Counted from the stretch's first letter, positions 1 to 6,604 are shown. The stretch is 12,835 nucleotides of DNA from Okeania sp. (GCF_035285525.1 NZ_JAYKGW010000198.1:1-12835), one strand, 5' to 3'. The notes: generated by a model not told the origin, from the letters alone. Numbers and translations are program-made.

Positions 1-10
1 GAAAAAATAG

Positions 11-244
11 ATGACTATTTTTCAAGTAAAAGTTAAACCAAACTCTAAACAACAAAGTATGGAAACTGAAGCAGATGGAAGTTTAAAAATATGTTTAAAA
101 TCTCCTCCTGTAGATGGTAAAGCTAATCAAGAATTAATTCAATTATTGGCGAAAAAGTTTAATGTGAAAAAATCAGAAGTTACGATTAAATCAGGTTTAT
201 ATTCAAGAAATAAATTGATTGAAATATATCAGCCAGAAACTTAA
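11..244 (+). CDS. DUF167 / YggU-like small protein (UPF0235 family)
   Basis: 77-aa ORF with an in-frame TAG at 8-10, so the start lies inside the window. The core [41 protein letters not shown] matches the PPVDGxAN...f.v.ks.v.i..G..sR.K.i.i signature of E. coli YggU / DUF167. Confidence 0.8.
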   Translation: MTIFQVKVKPNSKQQSMETEADGSLKICLKSPPVDGKANQELIQLLAKKFNVKKSEVTIKSGLYSRNKLIEIYQPET

Positions 245-245
245 T

Positions 246-348
246 CATGAGTTACGCAAAGGAACCAAGAAACCAGTTTGATTGCCGTTATCTTGTTGTT
301 GAAACCAGGAAATTTCTGTAAAGAAACCAGGTTTCTGTGTAAGTCCTA
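246..348. mobile_element. MITE-like element, GGACTTACGCA-terminus family, ~102-bp subfamily (degenerate copy)
   Basis: Left end caTGAGTTACGCA (246-258), right end TGTGTAAGTCCta (337-348). By eye about three quarters identical over ~100 bp to the copy at 2456-2557 (shared core GAAATTTCnGTAAAGAAACCAGGTTTCTG). The flanking 5-mers TTAAT/TTATC match only 3/5, so this is an old insertion or the boundaries are slightly off. Confidence 0.55.
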
Positions 349-705
349 TTATCTCCAAAAATAATAACCTAAAATTGTTTTAATTTTCTTTCCGATAATA
401 CACTATTCCCCATTGGAGCAAACTACTTTTACCCATTTCATAACAGTCTAATAACCGTTGTGTTTTCTTATTAAAAAAATCTTCACTCTATAGCTTTTCT
501 TCAGAGAGATGCCATGTATTCTGTAGTTCGTTTCTTGGCTAGATGTAAATCTTCATCAGGATGTTCAAATAAAAAAACTGAAACTCCCACTTTCATAAAG
601 GCTGTGGTAAAGTTATTTTAGGCAAAATGCCTGTGCTACGAAAGGTTTTATAATTACTATCTTTACTTCATATACAGGAAATCCGCTGTAAGTTATTTAA
701 TTGCC

Positions 706-2196
706 ATGGAAATATCACAAAATTGCTTAGACTTAATCAAAAAATGGGAAGGACTTTATCTGAGTGCTTATCTAGACCCAGTGGGAATACCAACCATTGG
801 GTATGGAACCACTCGTTATCCTGATGGGCAAAAAGTTCGGTTAGGAGACAGAATTTCGGAAAGGAATGCAGAAGCATATCTCAGGTATGAATGCTCCAAA
901 ACAGCAAGAGAACTTACTAAACTAATCACAGTTCCTGTCAATCAAAACCAATTTGATGCTTTAGTATCTTTTTCTTACAATGTAGGAACTGGTGCATTTC
1001 AAGGTAGTACATTACGAAGCAAACTCAATCAAGGAGACTATCGAGGAGCAGCTAATGAATTTTCGCGTTGGGTAAATGGGGTGGTTAATGGTGTTTTTCA
1101 GCCACTACCAGGGTTAGTATCTCGTCGTGCGGATGAACAGAGATTATTCCTCACAGCAGGAGCAGAAAAAAAACCTTTAGAAGGTGAATTTTCTAAACAG
1201 GATGAAGTAACTTGGTTAGAAGGATATAGAGATGAAAATAAGAAAACTGTAGTTGTAGCTTGGAAAGGCGGTGAAGTAATAGAAATTTTAACTCTAGAAA
1301 AGTTTGATAAAGAATTATTATCTAATGTTTTTTCTCAGTATCAAAATGCTTCCTATTATGTGATTGCTCCTGGGAATAAAAAAATTCCTGCTGGTGAAAG
1401 AATTTCAGTTAATCGTCTTTCTGATATATATCGTCAAGGTACACCTCCAAAACTCAACCGTGTATTAGTGCGAGGTAGTCAAGGTAATGATGTCAGAATT
1501 TTACAAGGTAGATTGACAGATTTAGGATATTATTCAGGAGAATTTGAGCCTATTTTTGGTAAGAAAACTGAACTTGCAGTTATAGAGTTTAAAAAAGATT
1601 ATTTTGGGCCTACCGCAGCTAATAGTACAGTAGAATCAATCACTTGGAACAAATTATGGGGAGAAACTCCGCCTCCAACTCCTCCTGTACCACCAGTCAC
1701 AACAAACAGAAATTATTTACTCCTAACTAAGACAAACCGTAAGGATCAATATGGGTGTTATGTACTTAACTTAGACTATTTTAAAAGTGGGAAAATACAA
1801 GATAGATTAGAAGTTTGTTGTGGCGCTCCAACCCGACAGTTTTTCCGTACCGCTGCTCAGAGTCGAGCAATGACTGGAGAACCTTTACCCGAAGGAAGAT
1901 GGTATGTTAATGATATTCTTTGGGCTGATAGTAAGGATAATTATTATGGTCGCATCTTTCAAAGTGGTATTGGTCCCGTAACAGTTCCCTTAGATTATTT
2001 AGAACCTGGTACAACAGAAAGAAGTGCGATCGAAATTCATATTGACTGGAATCGAAGTTATGGTTCTCCTGGTACTGTTGGTTGTATAGCTGCTTACAAC
2101 ATAGCTGATTATAAAAGGTTCGTTAGTTGGTTACGAGAAACAGACCCCCGCGATCTTTATGTTGACTGGAAATTAGGAACTTGTCCTAAACCTTAG
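706..2196 (+). CDS. Multidomain peptidoglycan-active protein: N-terminal GH24 (phage/T4-type) lysozyme, central PG_binding_1 domain, C-terminal YkuD/Tlde1-like His-Cys domain
   Basis: aa 1-150: LIKKWEGLYLSAYLDPVGIPTIGYGTT, with E15, D24, T30 spaced 9 and 6 residues apart as in the T4 lysozyme E11/D20/T26 triad. aa ~252-318: GNDVRILQGRLTDLGYYSGEFEPIFGKKTELAVIEFKK fits the PG_binding_1 pattern. A Pro-rich linker PPPTPPVPPV follows. aa ~335-496: PLPEGRWYV....IEIHIDWNRSYGSPGTVGCIAA, i.e. H445-x14-C460 with TVGCI, resembling the L,D-transpeptidase signature H-x(14-17)-[ST]HGCh. No N-terminal signal peptide or TM segment is visible. Confidence 0.8.
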   Translation: MEISQNCLDLIKKWEGLYLSAYLDPVGIPTIGYGTTRYPDGQKVRLGDRISERNAEAYLRYECSKTARELTKLITVPVNQNQFDALVSFSYNVGTGAFQGSTLRSKLNQGDYRGAANEFSRWVNGVVNGVFQPLPGLVSRRADEQRLFLTAGAEKKPLEGEFSKQDEVTWLEGYRDENKKTVVVAWKGGEVIEILTLEKFDKELLSNVFSQYQNASYYVIAPGNKKIPAGERISVNRLSDIYRQGTPPKLNRVLVRGSQGNDVRILQGRLTDLGYYSGEFEPIFGKKTELAVIEFKKDYFGPTAANSTVESITWNKLWGETPPPTPPVPPVTTNRNYLLLTKTNRKDQYGCYVLNLDYFKSGKIQDRLEVCCGAPTRQFFRTAAQSRAMTGEPLPEGRWYVNDILWADSKDNYYGRIFQSGIGPVTVPLDYLEPGTTERSAIEIHIDWNRSYGSPGTVGCIAAYNIADYKRFVSWLRETDPRDLYVDWKLGTCPKP

Positions 2197-2259
2197 TTAT
2201 ATCAAAGAAATTAATTTTTGCTACTAGACTGACACAGCTAAAAATCTAGTAACCAGTAG

Positions 2260-2284
2260 GTTGGGTTTCCTTCCTCAACCCAAC
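2260..2284. other. Stem-loop GTTGGGTT-N9-AACCCAAC downstream of the lysozyme-fusion gene
   Basis: Perfect 8-bp inverted repeat (2260-2267 / 2277-2284) with a 9-nt loop. There is no U-tract on either strand, so I do not call it an intrinsic terminator. Confidence 0.45.
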
Positions 2285-2357
2285 AAAACCTTAATATAAA
2301 ATTCCCTTGTTTTGGCGAATAAGGTTTACCATCAATATTGGTGAAAACTCGGAGTGG

Positions 2358-2384
2358 GTAGGGGTTTGGTCTCCAAACCCCTAC
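2358..2384. repeat. Perfect hairpin GTAGGGGTTTGG-tct-CCAAACCCCTAC (GTAGGG...CCCTAC hairpin class)
   Basis: 12-bp perfect inverted repeat (2358-2369 / 2373-2384) with a 3-nt loop and no T-tract. It has the same GTAGGG/CCCTAC stem ends as the hairpin at 10459-10487. Confidence 0.7.
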
Positions 2385-2395
2385 TAGGTAAGAAT

Positions 2396-2425
2396 TATAC
2401 CGATACTACCGAATTTAATATTACT
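2396..2425 (+). repeat. Short dispersed repeat, ACCGGATTTGATATAA family (copy 1)
   Basis: TATACCGATACTACCGAATTTAATATTACT matches 2610-2639 at 26/30. The similarity continues about 15 nt further (TGTTGGGTT / TGTTTGGGTT). The two copies bracket the MITE at 2456-2557. Confidence 0.65.
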
Positions 2426-2455
2426 AATGTTGGGTTACTCTTACGAAAAGTAGAT

Positions 2456-2557
2456 CGGGACTTACCTAAAGTAACTAAGAAACCCGGTTATTGCTGTGAG
2501 ATGGTTGTTCAAACCACGAAATTTCCGTAAAGAAACCAGGTTTCTGGTTAGGTCTTG
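2456..2557. mobile_element. MITE-like element, GGACTTACGCA-terminus family, ~102-bp subfamily
   Basis: Degenerate termini cGGGACTTACCTA (2456-2468) and TGGTTAGGTCTTg (2545-2557). Perfect 5-bp direct repeats TAGAT lie at 2451-2455 and 2558-2562. The interior is homologous to 246-348. Confidence 0.7.
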
Positions 2558-2609
2558 TAGATGTTAGTATGGTGAAGTATTTAATACAGACCCAGTTTAT
2601 ATGCTCTTT

Positions 2610-2639
2610 TATACCGATATTACCGGATTTGATATAACT
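2610..2639 (+). repeat. Short dispersed repeat, ACCGGATTTGATATAA family (copy 2; intact paralogue of the MITE target at 5839-5950)
   Basis: TATACCGATATTACCGGATTTGATATAACT. The 16-mer ACCGGATTTGATATAA (2622-2637) equals the junction reconstructed when the MITE at 5851-5938 plus one TTGAT copy is removed. Confidence 0.65.
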
Positions 2640-2685
2640 TATTTGTTTGGGTTTTAGTTCTAATACCAAGTCAAACCTAATTACC

Positions 2686-2690
2686 GGAGG
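2686..2690 (+). promoter_or_regulatory. Shine-Dalgarno-like GGAGG for the 2699 start codon
   Basis: GGAGG ends 8 nt upstream of the ATG at 2699. Confidence 0.55.
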
Positions 2691-2698
2691 ATTTTTAG

Positions 2699-4240
2699 AT
2701 GACAACAAATCAAAGAACTACAGAAAATTCGCAAAACTCCAAATTTAAACAGTCTGTTTCTGTGGACAATCTTGCCGAAAATTTGATGGAAGATTTGTTC
2801 AATGATATTGATCGAGTATTGGATGGAGGTAGTCGTTTACCAAAGAAGGTAACTCGACCAGAAGTTGTTTCTTTGACACCAATCAAAGTGCCTCAAATAG
2901 TTTTACCTCAAAACACTCAATCTCAGACGGGAAAAGAATTAGCTGAAGCTAAAGCGAAGAAAAAAGAAAATCGATCTTTAGATAAACTACTTTTAGGCAC
3001 AGCTTTTGCATCTATATTAGTAACTCTCTCTCTATGGTTATTAACTAGAGGTGGATTTGATAAAATTTTGAGCTATTTAGGTTATGTAGAAAAACCTGAT
3101 GAATCATCAGAGGTATTGAGTTCTCAAGAAGCAGATGCCAAATTTGCAGATTATATCGAGCGATCGCTCAAAATGATTGAGGAAAAAGAAGCTACTCAGG
3201 AACAACCACAAATTCCGGGGATACCACTTCCTCCATCTAATGAAAATTTACCAAGAGTACCAGTGTCGGCGACTCCATCCATGAATACTAGCTTACTTTT
3301 ACCGCTCAACCGACTGGTTGATCTAATGGAAGCACAAGTAGCAAAAGAAGCTATTACTATTCCGGAAACTCAAGTAGTAATAATTCCACCTATTCCGGTA
3401 ACGGTAGCAGTTACACCAAAATCTGAGCCATCTTCCCCAAAGCTATCAGCAGCATCTGCACCTAGAGCTTCCACAGAAGCTGCTAAAAAAGTTGAAACTA
3501 CACCGGAAGCTCCAATAACTACTGCAAAAGTAGAAGAGAAGCCAGAAACTAAGGCTAAAGTTGATAGCTCTCCTTCGGCGAAGCCTGCCAAAGTTGCCAA
3601 GAAAACGGAACCTCAAACAACTGCAAAAGCAGAAGTGAAGCCACAAACTAAAGGTAAAGTTGATACCTCTAGTTCGGCGAAACCTGCCAAAGTTGAAACT
3701 ACACCGGAAGCTCAAATAGCTGCAAAAGTAGAAGAGAAGCCACAAACTAAAGGTAAAGTTGATACCTCTAGTTCGGCGAAACCTACCAAAGTTGCCAATA
3801 AACCGGAAACTCAAATAGCTGCGAAAGTGGAAGTCAAACCAGAAACAAAAGCTAAAGTTGATAGCTCTAGTTCGGCAAAAGTTGAAACCAACCCAAAACC
3901 ACAACCATCAGCTAAAACAACAGCACCAGAGAAACCAGCATCTCAAACCGAAAAAACAGCACAACCAACAGCATTACCCCCACCTCCATCAGCAAAAGTA
4001 TCTGTGACAGAAACAATAGCAACTAATCAAGTTCAAACTCCTATTAATACTTTAGTAGGTGTTTTGGAGTTAGGCGAACGTTCTGCTGCATTATTTGAAG
4101 TTGATGGTATCGCCCGTCGAATATATGTGGGCGAGAGCATTGGTAGTAGTGGTTGGACTCTTGTACAAGTGGTTAACCAGGAAGCTGTGATTCGCCGTAA
4201 TGGTGAAGTTCGTTCTGTTTTTGTCGGGCAACAATTTTAG
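2699..4240 (+). CDS. Single-pass membrane protein with a Lys/Pro/Ala/Glu-rich tandem-repeat spacer and a PilP/GspC-HR-like C-terminal beta domain
   Basis: 513-aa ORF with a good RBS. One hydrophobic segment LLLGTAFASILVTLSLWLLT (aa ~97-116). Four and a half 30-34-aa repeats (KVETTPEAxIxAKVEEKPxTKxKVDxSSSAKPx). The C-terminal ~65 aa, LVGVLELGERSAALFEVDGIARRIYVGESIGSSGWTLVQVVNQEAVIRRNGEVRSVFVG, follow the LVG..........AL......v.vG..iG..G..l..i....v.l pattern of PilP and the GspC HR domain. The functional call is tentative. Confidence 0.7.
   Translation: MTTNQRTTENSQNSKFKQSVSVDNLAENLMEDLFNDIDRVLDGGSRLPKKVTRPEVVSLTPIKVPQIVLPQNTQSQTGKELAEAKAKKKENRSLDKLLLGTAFASILVTLSLWLLTRGGFDKILSYLGYVEKPDESSEVLSSQEADAKFADYIERSLKMIEEKEATQEQPQIPGIPLPPSNENLPRVPVSATPSMNTSLLLPLNRLVDLMEAQVAKEAITIPETQVVIIPPIPVTVAVTPKSEPSSPKLSAASAPRASTEAAKKVETTPEAPITTAKVEEKPETKAKVDSSPSAKPAKVAKKTEPQTTAKAEVKPQTKGKVDTSSSAKPAKVETTPEAQIAAKVEEKPQTKGKVDTSSSAKPTKVANKPETQIAAKVEVKPETKAKVDSSSSAKVETNPKPQPSAKTTAPEKPASQTEKTAQPTALPPPPSAKVSVTETIATNQVQTPINTLVGVLELGERSAALFEVDGIARRIYVGESIGSSGWTLVQVVNQEAVIRRNGEVRSVFVGQQF
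3488..3900 (+). repeat. In-frame tandem coding repeat, units of 102/99/99/90 nt plus a partial fifth
   Basis: Units start at 3488, 3590, 3689, 3788 and 3878, each beginning AAAGTTG(AA/CC), all in frame with the 2699 ORF. Units 2 and 3 share long identical runs (GAAGCCACAAACTAAAGGTAAAGTTGATACCTCTAGTTCGGCGAAACCT). Confidence 0.85.
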
Positions 4241-4247
4241 TTTCAGA

Positions 4248-4428
4248 TAGGACTTACGCATGGACGCTATATGTAGGGTGCGTTTTGCGTTCCGCAAAGC
4301 TCCGCTTTATATGTCGGCTCAAGCGCCGAAACGCTACGCGACATGGAAACTGGAACATTCCCTATACGAAAAAGCGTATCTCGTAACTGAGCCAGACTCT
4401 ATATATAGTGCCTGCCGTTTAAGTCCTG
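4248..4428. mobile_element. MITE-like element, GGACTTACGCA-terminus family, ~180-195-bp GC-rich subfamily
   Basis: Left end taGGACTTACGCA (4248-4260), degenerate right end GCCGTTTAAGTCCtg (4414-4428). Flanking 5-mers TCAGA (4243-4247) and TCCGA (4429-4433) match 4/5. The interior shares the CGCTACGCGACATG core with 6688-6882. It starts 8 nt after the stop codon at 4238-4240. Confidence 0.7.
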
Positions 4429-4483
4429 TCCGAGTTAAATCTCTCTAGTGCGGGCCGGAAAGCCCCCGATAGGTGTACCTCAC

Positions 4484-4520
4484 AATCATTCGTAACACAA
4501 CCTTCCAGGTTGTTACTCAA
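4484..4520 (+). repeat. Hairpin repeat unit (ATCATTC..GTAACACA[A/G]CCT-loop-AGG[T/C]TGT family), variant copy
   Basis: The stem ACAACCT (4497-4503) / AGGTTGT (4507-4513) differs from the copies at 5750-5766 and 8287-8303 (ACAGCCT/AGGCTGT) by a paired G->A / C->T change that preserves pairing. Confidence 0.6.
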
Positions 4521-4595
4521 AACGAAGGCTATGTTACAATAGGGATTGAGTATATCTCACCATCTTAAAAAGTGCCGTAAGTTTTTAGCTTTAGC

Positions 4596-4728
4596 AGTAG
4601 GGTGTGTTTTCCGCCCTTGAGCGGTCATGAAACGATACGCAACATGAATGCGCTCCCATTTCCTATACGAAAAAGCGTATCTCGTAACTGAGCCAGACTC
4701 TATATGTAGTACCTTTGCGTAAGTCCCA
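4596..4728. mobile_element. Partial or rearranged MITE copy (right end only), same subfamily as 4248-4428
   Basis: A 44-nt block at 4662-4705 is identical to 4361-4404 (CCTATACGAAAAAGCGTATCTCGTAACTGAGCCAGACTCTATAT). The right terminus TGCGTAAGTCCca is intact at 4716-4728. I found no left terminus. The segment is bracketed by TAGCTTTAGC at 4586-4595 and 4744-4753. Confidence 0.45.
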
Positions 4729-4760
4729 AGTATATTAAGTCTCTAGCTTTAGCTGGAGGT

Positions 4761-4788
4761 ACTGATAACTGATAACTGATAACTGATA
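4761..4788 (+). repeat. Heptanucleotide tandem array (ACTGATA)x4, STRR type
   Basis: Four perfect contiguous copies read directly. Confidence 0.9.
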
Positions 4789-4906
4789 GAGCAATAGAAC
4801 CAAAGGGCGCGGACATTTCTAAATCCTAAAACCCTTTGATATTCTACTGTTCCCACCTTCTGTGTTCCCTATTCCCTAGCGCTACGCGCTATAACTGAAA
4901 TAATTT

Positions 4907-5485
4907 ATGGGTTTATTTGACGATTTTAGCGAATTTCTGGAAAACAGACTTGAAGAGTTCCTACAGAATAATCCTCATTTAGAACTGCAGGCGCTTGAAG
5001 AACAATTACGCCAACAAGAAGAAGATACTTTGAATCTCATTGCCCAACTCCAACGTCAAGAAAAAAAATTAGAGCAAGATATTCTTTCTACTGCTCAAGA
5101 AGTTAAGCGTTGGGATAACCGAGTTGAAAAAGCACAAAAAGCTAATAGACTAGATTTAGTCCAAGCTGCCCAAGAAAGAGAAGCATCTTTTTTGCGACAA
5201 GGTAATCAACAGTGGGGACAAATGCAAGGATGTAAAGAGCGTATTCAGCAGGCAAAAGAACTGTATCATCAGATTAAACAGCGTCGTGAGGAGGTACGAG
5301 TCAAAGCTGCTGAAGTTGAAGCTACTCGTAATGCTGCCAGGAATGAAAGACGTTGGCAAACTGATGGATGGAATCAAACCAGTTCCTCTAATTTTGGTGA
5401 TGTATTCGACGAGTTAGAGCAACAGTTTAGAAGTCTGGAAACAGATGAAGAACTAGAAAAAATGAAGCGGAATATGGGAAAGTAG
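4907..5485 (+). CDS. Coiled-coil protein, PspA/IM30-like heptad character (resembles the cyanobacterial family I recall as TIGR04376)
   Basis: 192-aa ORF starting MGLFDDFSEFLENRLEEFLQNNPHLELQALEEQLRQQEEDTL, followed by a long charged Q/E/K/R-rich helix-type sequence. A clean intrinsic terminator lies 16 nt downstream. The family name is from memory only. Confidence 0.7.
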   Translation: MGLFDDFSEFLENRLEEFLQNNPHLELQALEEQLRQQEEDTLNLIAQLQRQEKKLEQDILSTAQEVKRWDNRVEKAQKANRLDLVQAAQEREASFLRQGNQQWGQMQGCKERIQQAKELYHQIKQRREEVRVKAAEVEATRNAARNERRWQTDGWNQTSSSNFGDVFDELEQQFRSLETDEELEKMKRNMGK

Positions 5486-5500
5486 TTGGATATTAATAAG

Positions 5501-5532
5501 GTCAGGAAATCCTTAAATTTCTTGACTTTTTT
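5501..5532 (+). terminator. Rho-independent terminator of the 4907-5485 gene
   Basis: GTCAGGAAAT (5501-5510), loop CCTTAA, ATTTCTTGAC (5517-5526) form a 10-bp stem with one G-U pair. TTTTTT follows at 5527-5532. Confidence 0.7.
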
Positions 5533-5570
5533 AGATTCGGGAATCAATAGACATCTCTATAAAAGATGGA

Positions 5571-5600
5571 ACACTTAACACTTAACGCTTAACGCTTAAC
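5571..5600 (+). repeat. Heptanucleotide tandem array (ACACTTA)x2 (ACGCTTA)x2 plus a partial unit
   Basis: Read directly. The junction CTTAACTGGG is the reverse complement of CCCAGTTAAG at 8356-8365. Confidence 0.85.
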
Positions 5601-5707
5601 TGGGAAGAATAATATCATGTCCGGATAATTAGTGATAAAAAAAACTTCCTCTTCTTCCTCTCCTGACTTCTCCCTAATTTATTTATATCTGTTGATCCGG
5701 ATATAAT

Positions 5708-5789
5708 GTCATACCAAGTCCGGTTATTATAGAATGATCACTTTGTAGCACAGCCTTCTAGGCTGTCATACCAAATCCGGTTATTATAG
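5708..5789. repeat. 25-bp direct repeat pair flanking a hairpin repeat unit
   Basis: GTCATACCAAGTCCGGTTATTATAG (5708-5732) and GTCATACCAAATCCGGTTATTATAG (5765-5789) match 24/25. Between them is the hairpin ACAGCCT-tct-AGGCTGT (5750-5766). The 25-mers are inverted relatives of the ACCGGATTTG family. Confidence 0.75.
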
Positions 5790-5850
5790 TTGTTATAAAG
5801 TGAAGCATAATATGAATCTCTGTAATCAGCTTTTCTAAACCGGATTTGAT

Positions 5851-5938
5851 CAGGACTTACGCAGCCACCCATATAGTGCTGAAAACCCTTGCGCAATAGT
5901 TTTTTTACCCTACATATAGTACCTTTGCGTAAGTCCTG
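5851..5938. mobile_element. MITE-like element, GGACTTACGCA-terminus family, minimal 88-bp form
   Basis: Termini caGGACTTACGCA (5851-5863) and TGCGTAAGTCCtg (5926-5938). Perfect 5-bp direct repeats TTGAT lie at 5846-5850 and 5939-5943. An uninterrupted paralogue of the target site exists at 2622-2637. Confidence 0.8.
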
Positions 5939-6075
5939 TTGATATAATTAATGATTTATGGATAAGAATTAATTTTAATTTTTATTTATAGAGAGTCTAA
6001 TAGACATATCCAAAAATTGCCTTTGTAGTAATTACTTCAAGAGTTAATATCGCCTAGAGCGATCGCTACGAACTA

Positions 6076-6580
6076 TTAAACAATAAAATCCTTAGGATTT
6101 ATTTCTGGGGCATTATCCAAAGTCGCAAACTGACCACCACTACCAAGGCCAGGTTTGTTGCCATTGGCGTTATAGAATAAATAGCCATTGTTAGTGTTGT
6201 AAACAATCTAAACATCACTGGTGGCAACTGCTTTGTTATTGGTGACTATGGCAAATTGTTGGGCGAAATCCCTTTCGAGGTCTAGTTTGGTGAAAGTATC
6301 AGGGTCGAGATTTAGTTTGTCTTGACCCACAATGAAATCAGTTATGGTGTCTTTGCCGATTACCTCTTGACTATATTTACCTTTTGTAGTACAAGCAAAT
6401 AAGTCGCCTCCTTTGCCACCAATGAGGGTATCATTGCCACCGCCACCGTTGAGAGTATCTTGACCTTGACCTCCTAATAATTTGTCGTCGCCCCCTTTTG
6501 CCGTTGAGTTTGTCGTTACCTTTCTTGCCATTGATGGTGTTGTTTTTGTTGTTGCCAATTAGGACTTTACCGCTGCTACT
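6076..6580 (-). pseudogene. RTX / hemolysin-type calcium-binding repeat protein remnant (5'-truncated, one frameshift, one in-frame stop)
   Basis: Minus-strand nonapeptide repeats GGQGQDTLNGGGGNDTLIGGKGGD. Upstream repeats NNKNNTINGKKGNDKLNGK are in another frame, joined through the homopolymer run CCCCCTTTT at 6491-6499. An in-frame TAG lies at 6208-6210. Beyond it the same frame continues as IVYNTNNGYLFYNANGNKPGLGSGGQFATLDNAPEINPKDFIV to TAA at 6076-6078, the usual C-terminal tail of cyanobacterial RTX proteins. No start codon precedes the first repeats. Confidence 0.75.
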
Positions 6581-6604
6581 ATTATTTAGTAAGTTAATAA
6601 TTAG

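Noticed and set aside
649-654. TATAAT 52 nt upstream of the lysozyme-fusion ATG as a promoter -10
   Set aside because: There is no convincing -35 at 16-18 nt (AATGCC). In DNA this AT-rich, a lone TATAAT is not enough evidence to annotate a promoter.
2475-2708. ORF 2475-2708 (minus), ORF 4260-4448 (plus) and ORF 6900-7109 (plus) as small genes
   Set aside because: Each is built almost entirely from MITE or hairpin repeat sequence (2456-2557 and 2610-2639; 4248-4428; 6924-6985). The first and third overlap real CDS ends. None has an RBS or a recognisable motif.
3370-3904. Antisense ORFs 3370-3600 and 3446-3904 (minus strand)
   Set aside because: They lie entirely opposite the tandem-repeat region of the 2699-4240 CDS. 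Their low-complexity F/R/C/S-rich translations are typical of repeat-induced open frames.
706-4240. Prophage or phage-lysis cassette, because of the GH24 lysozyme
   Set aside because: There is no holin, spanin, terminase, capsid, tail or integrase gene and no att-like repeats around it. The enzyme is a large multidomain fusion unlike compact endolysins.
4877-4891. Palindrome TAGCGC-TAC-GCGCTA 16 nt upstream of the ATG at 4907 as an operator
   Set aside because: It has only 6-bp arms, and GCGCTACGCG-like strings also occur inside the GC-rich MITEs (CGCTACGCGACATG). It may be a repeat fragment rather than a regulatory site.
5620-5707. TCCGGA (DIF-type heterocyst promoter motif) at 5620-5625 and 5696-5701, the latter directly followed by a perfect TATAAT (5702-5707)
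   Set aside because: The spacing is wrong for a -35/-10 pair (0 nt in one case, no -10 at ~17 nt in the other). No downstream gene follows in either case. TCCGGA here is part of the ACCGGATTTG-family dispersed repeats.
6559-6575. TAGGACTTTACCGC at the 5' edge of the RTX remnant looks like another GGACTTACGCA MITE terminus
   Set aside because: It carries an extra base and mismatches relative to the GGACTTACGCA terminus. It also translates sensibly on the minus strand as part of the RTX frame (SGKVLIG), there is no partner terminus, and there is no TSD. I treat it as coincidence.
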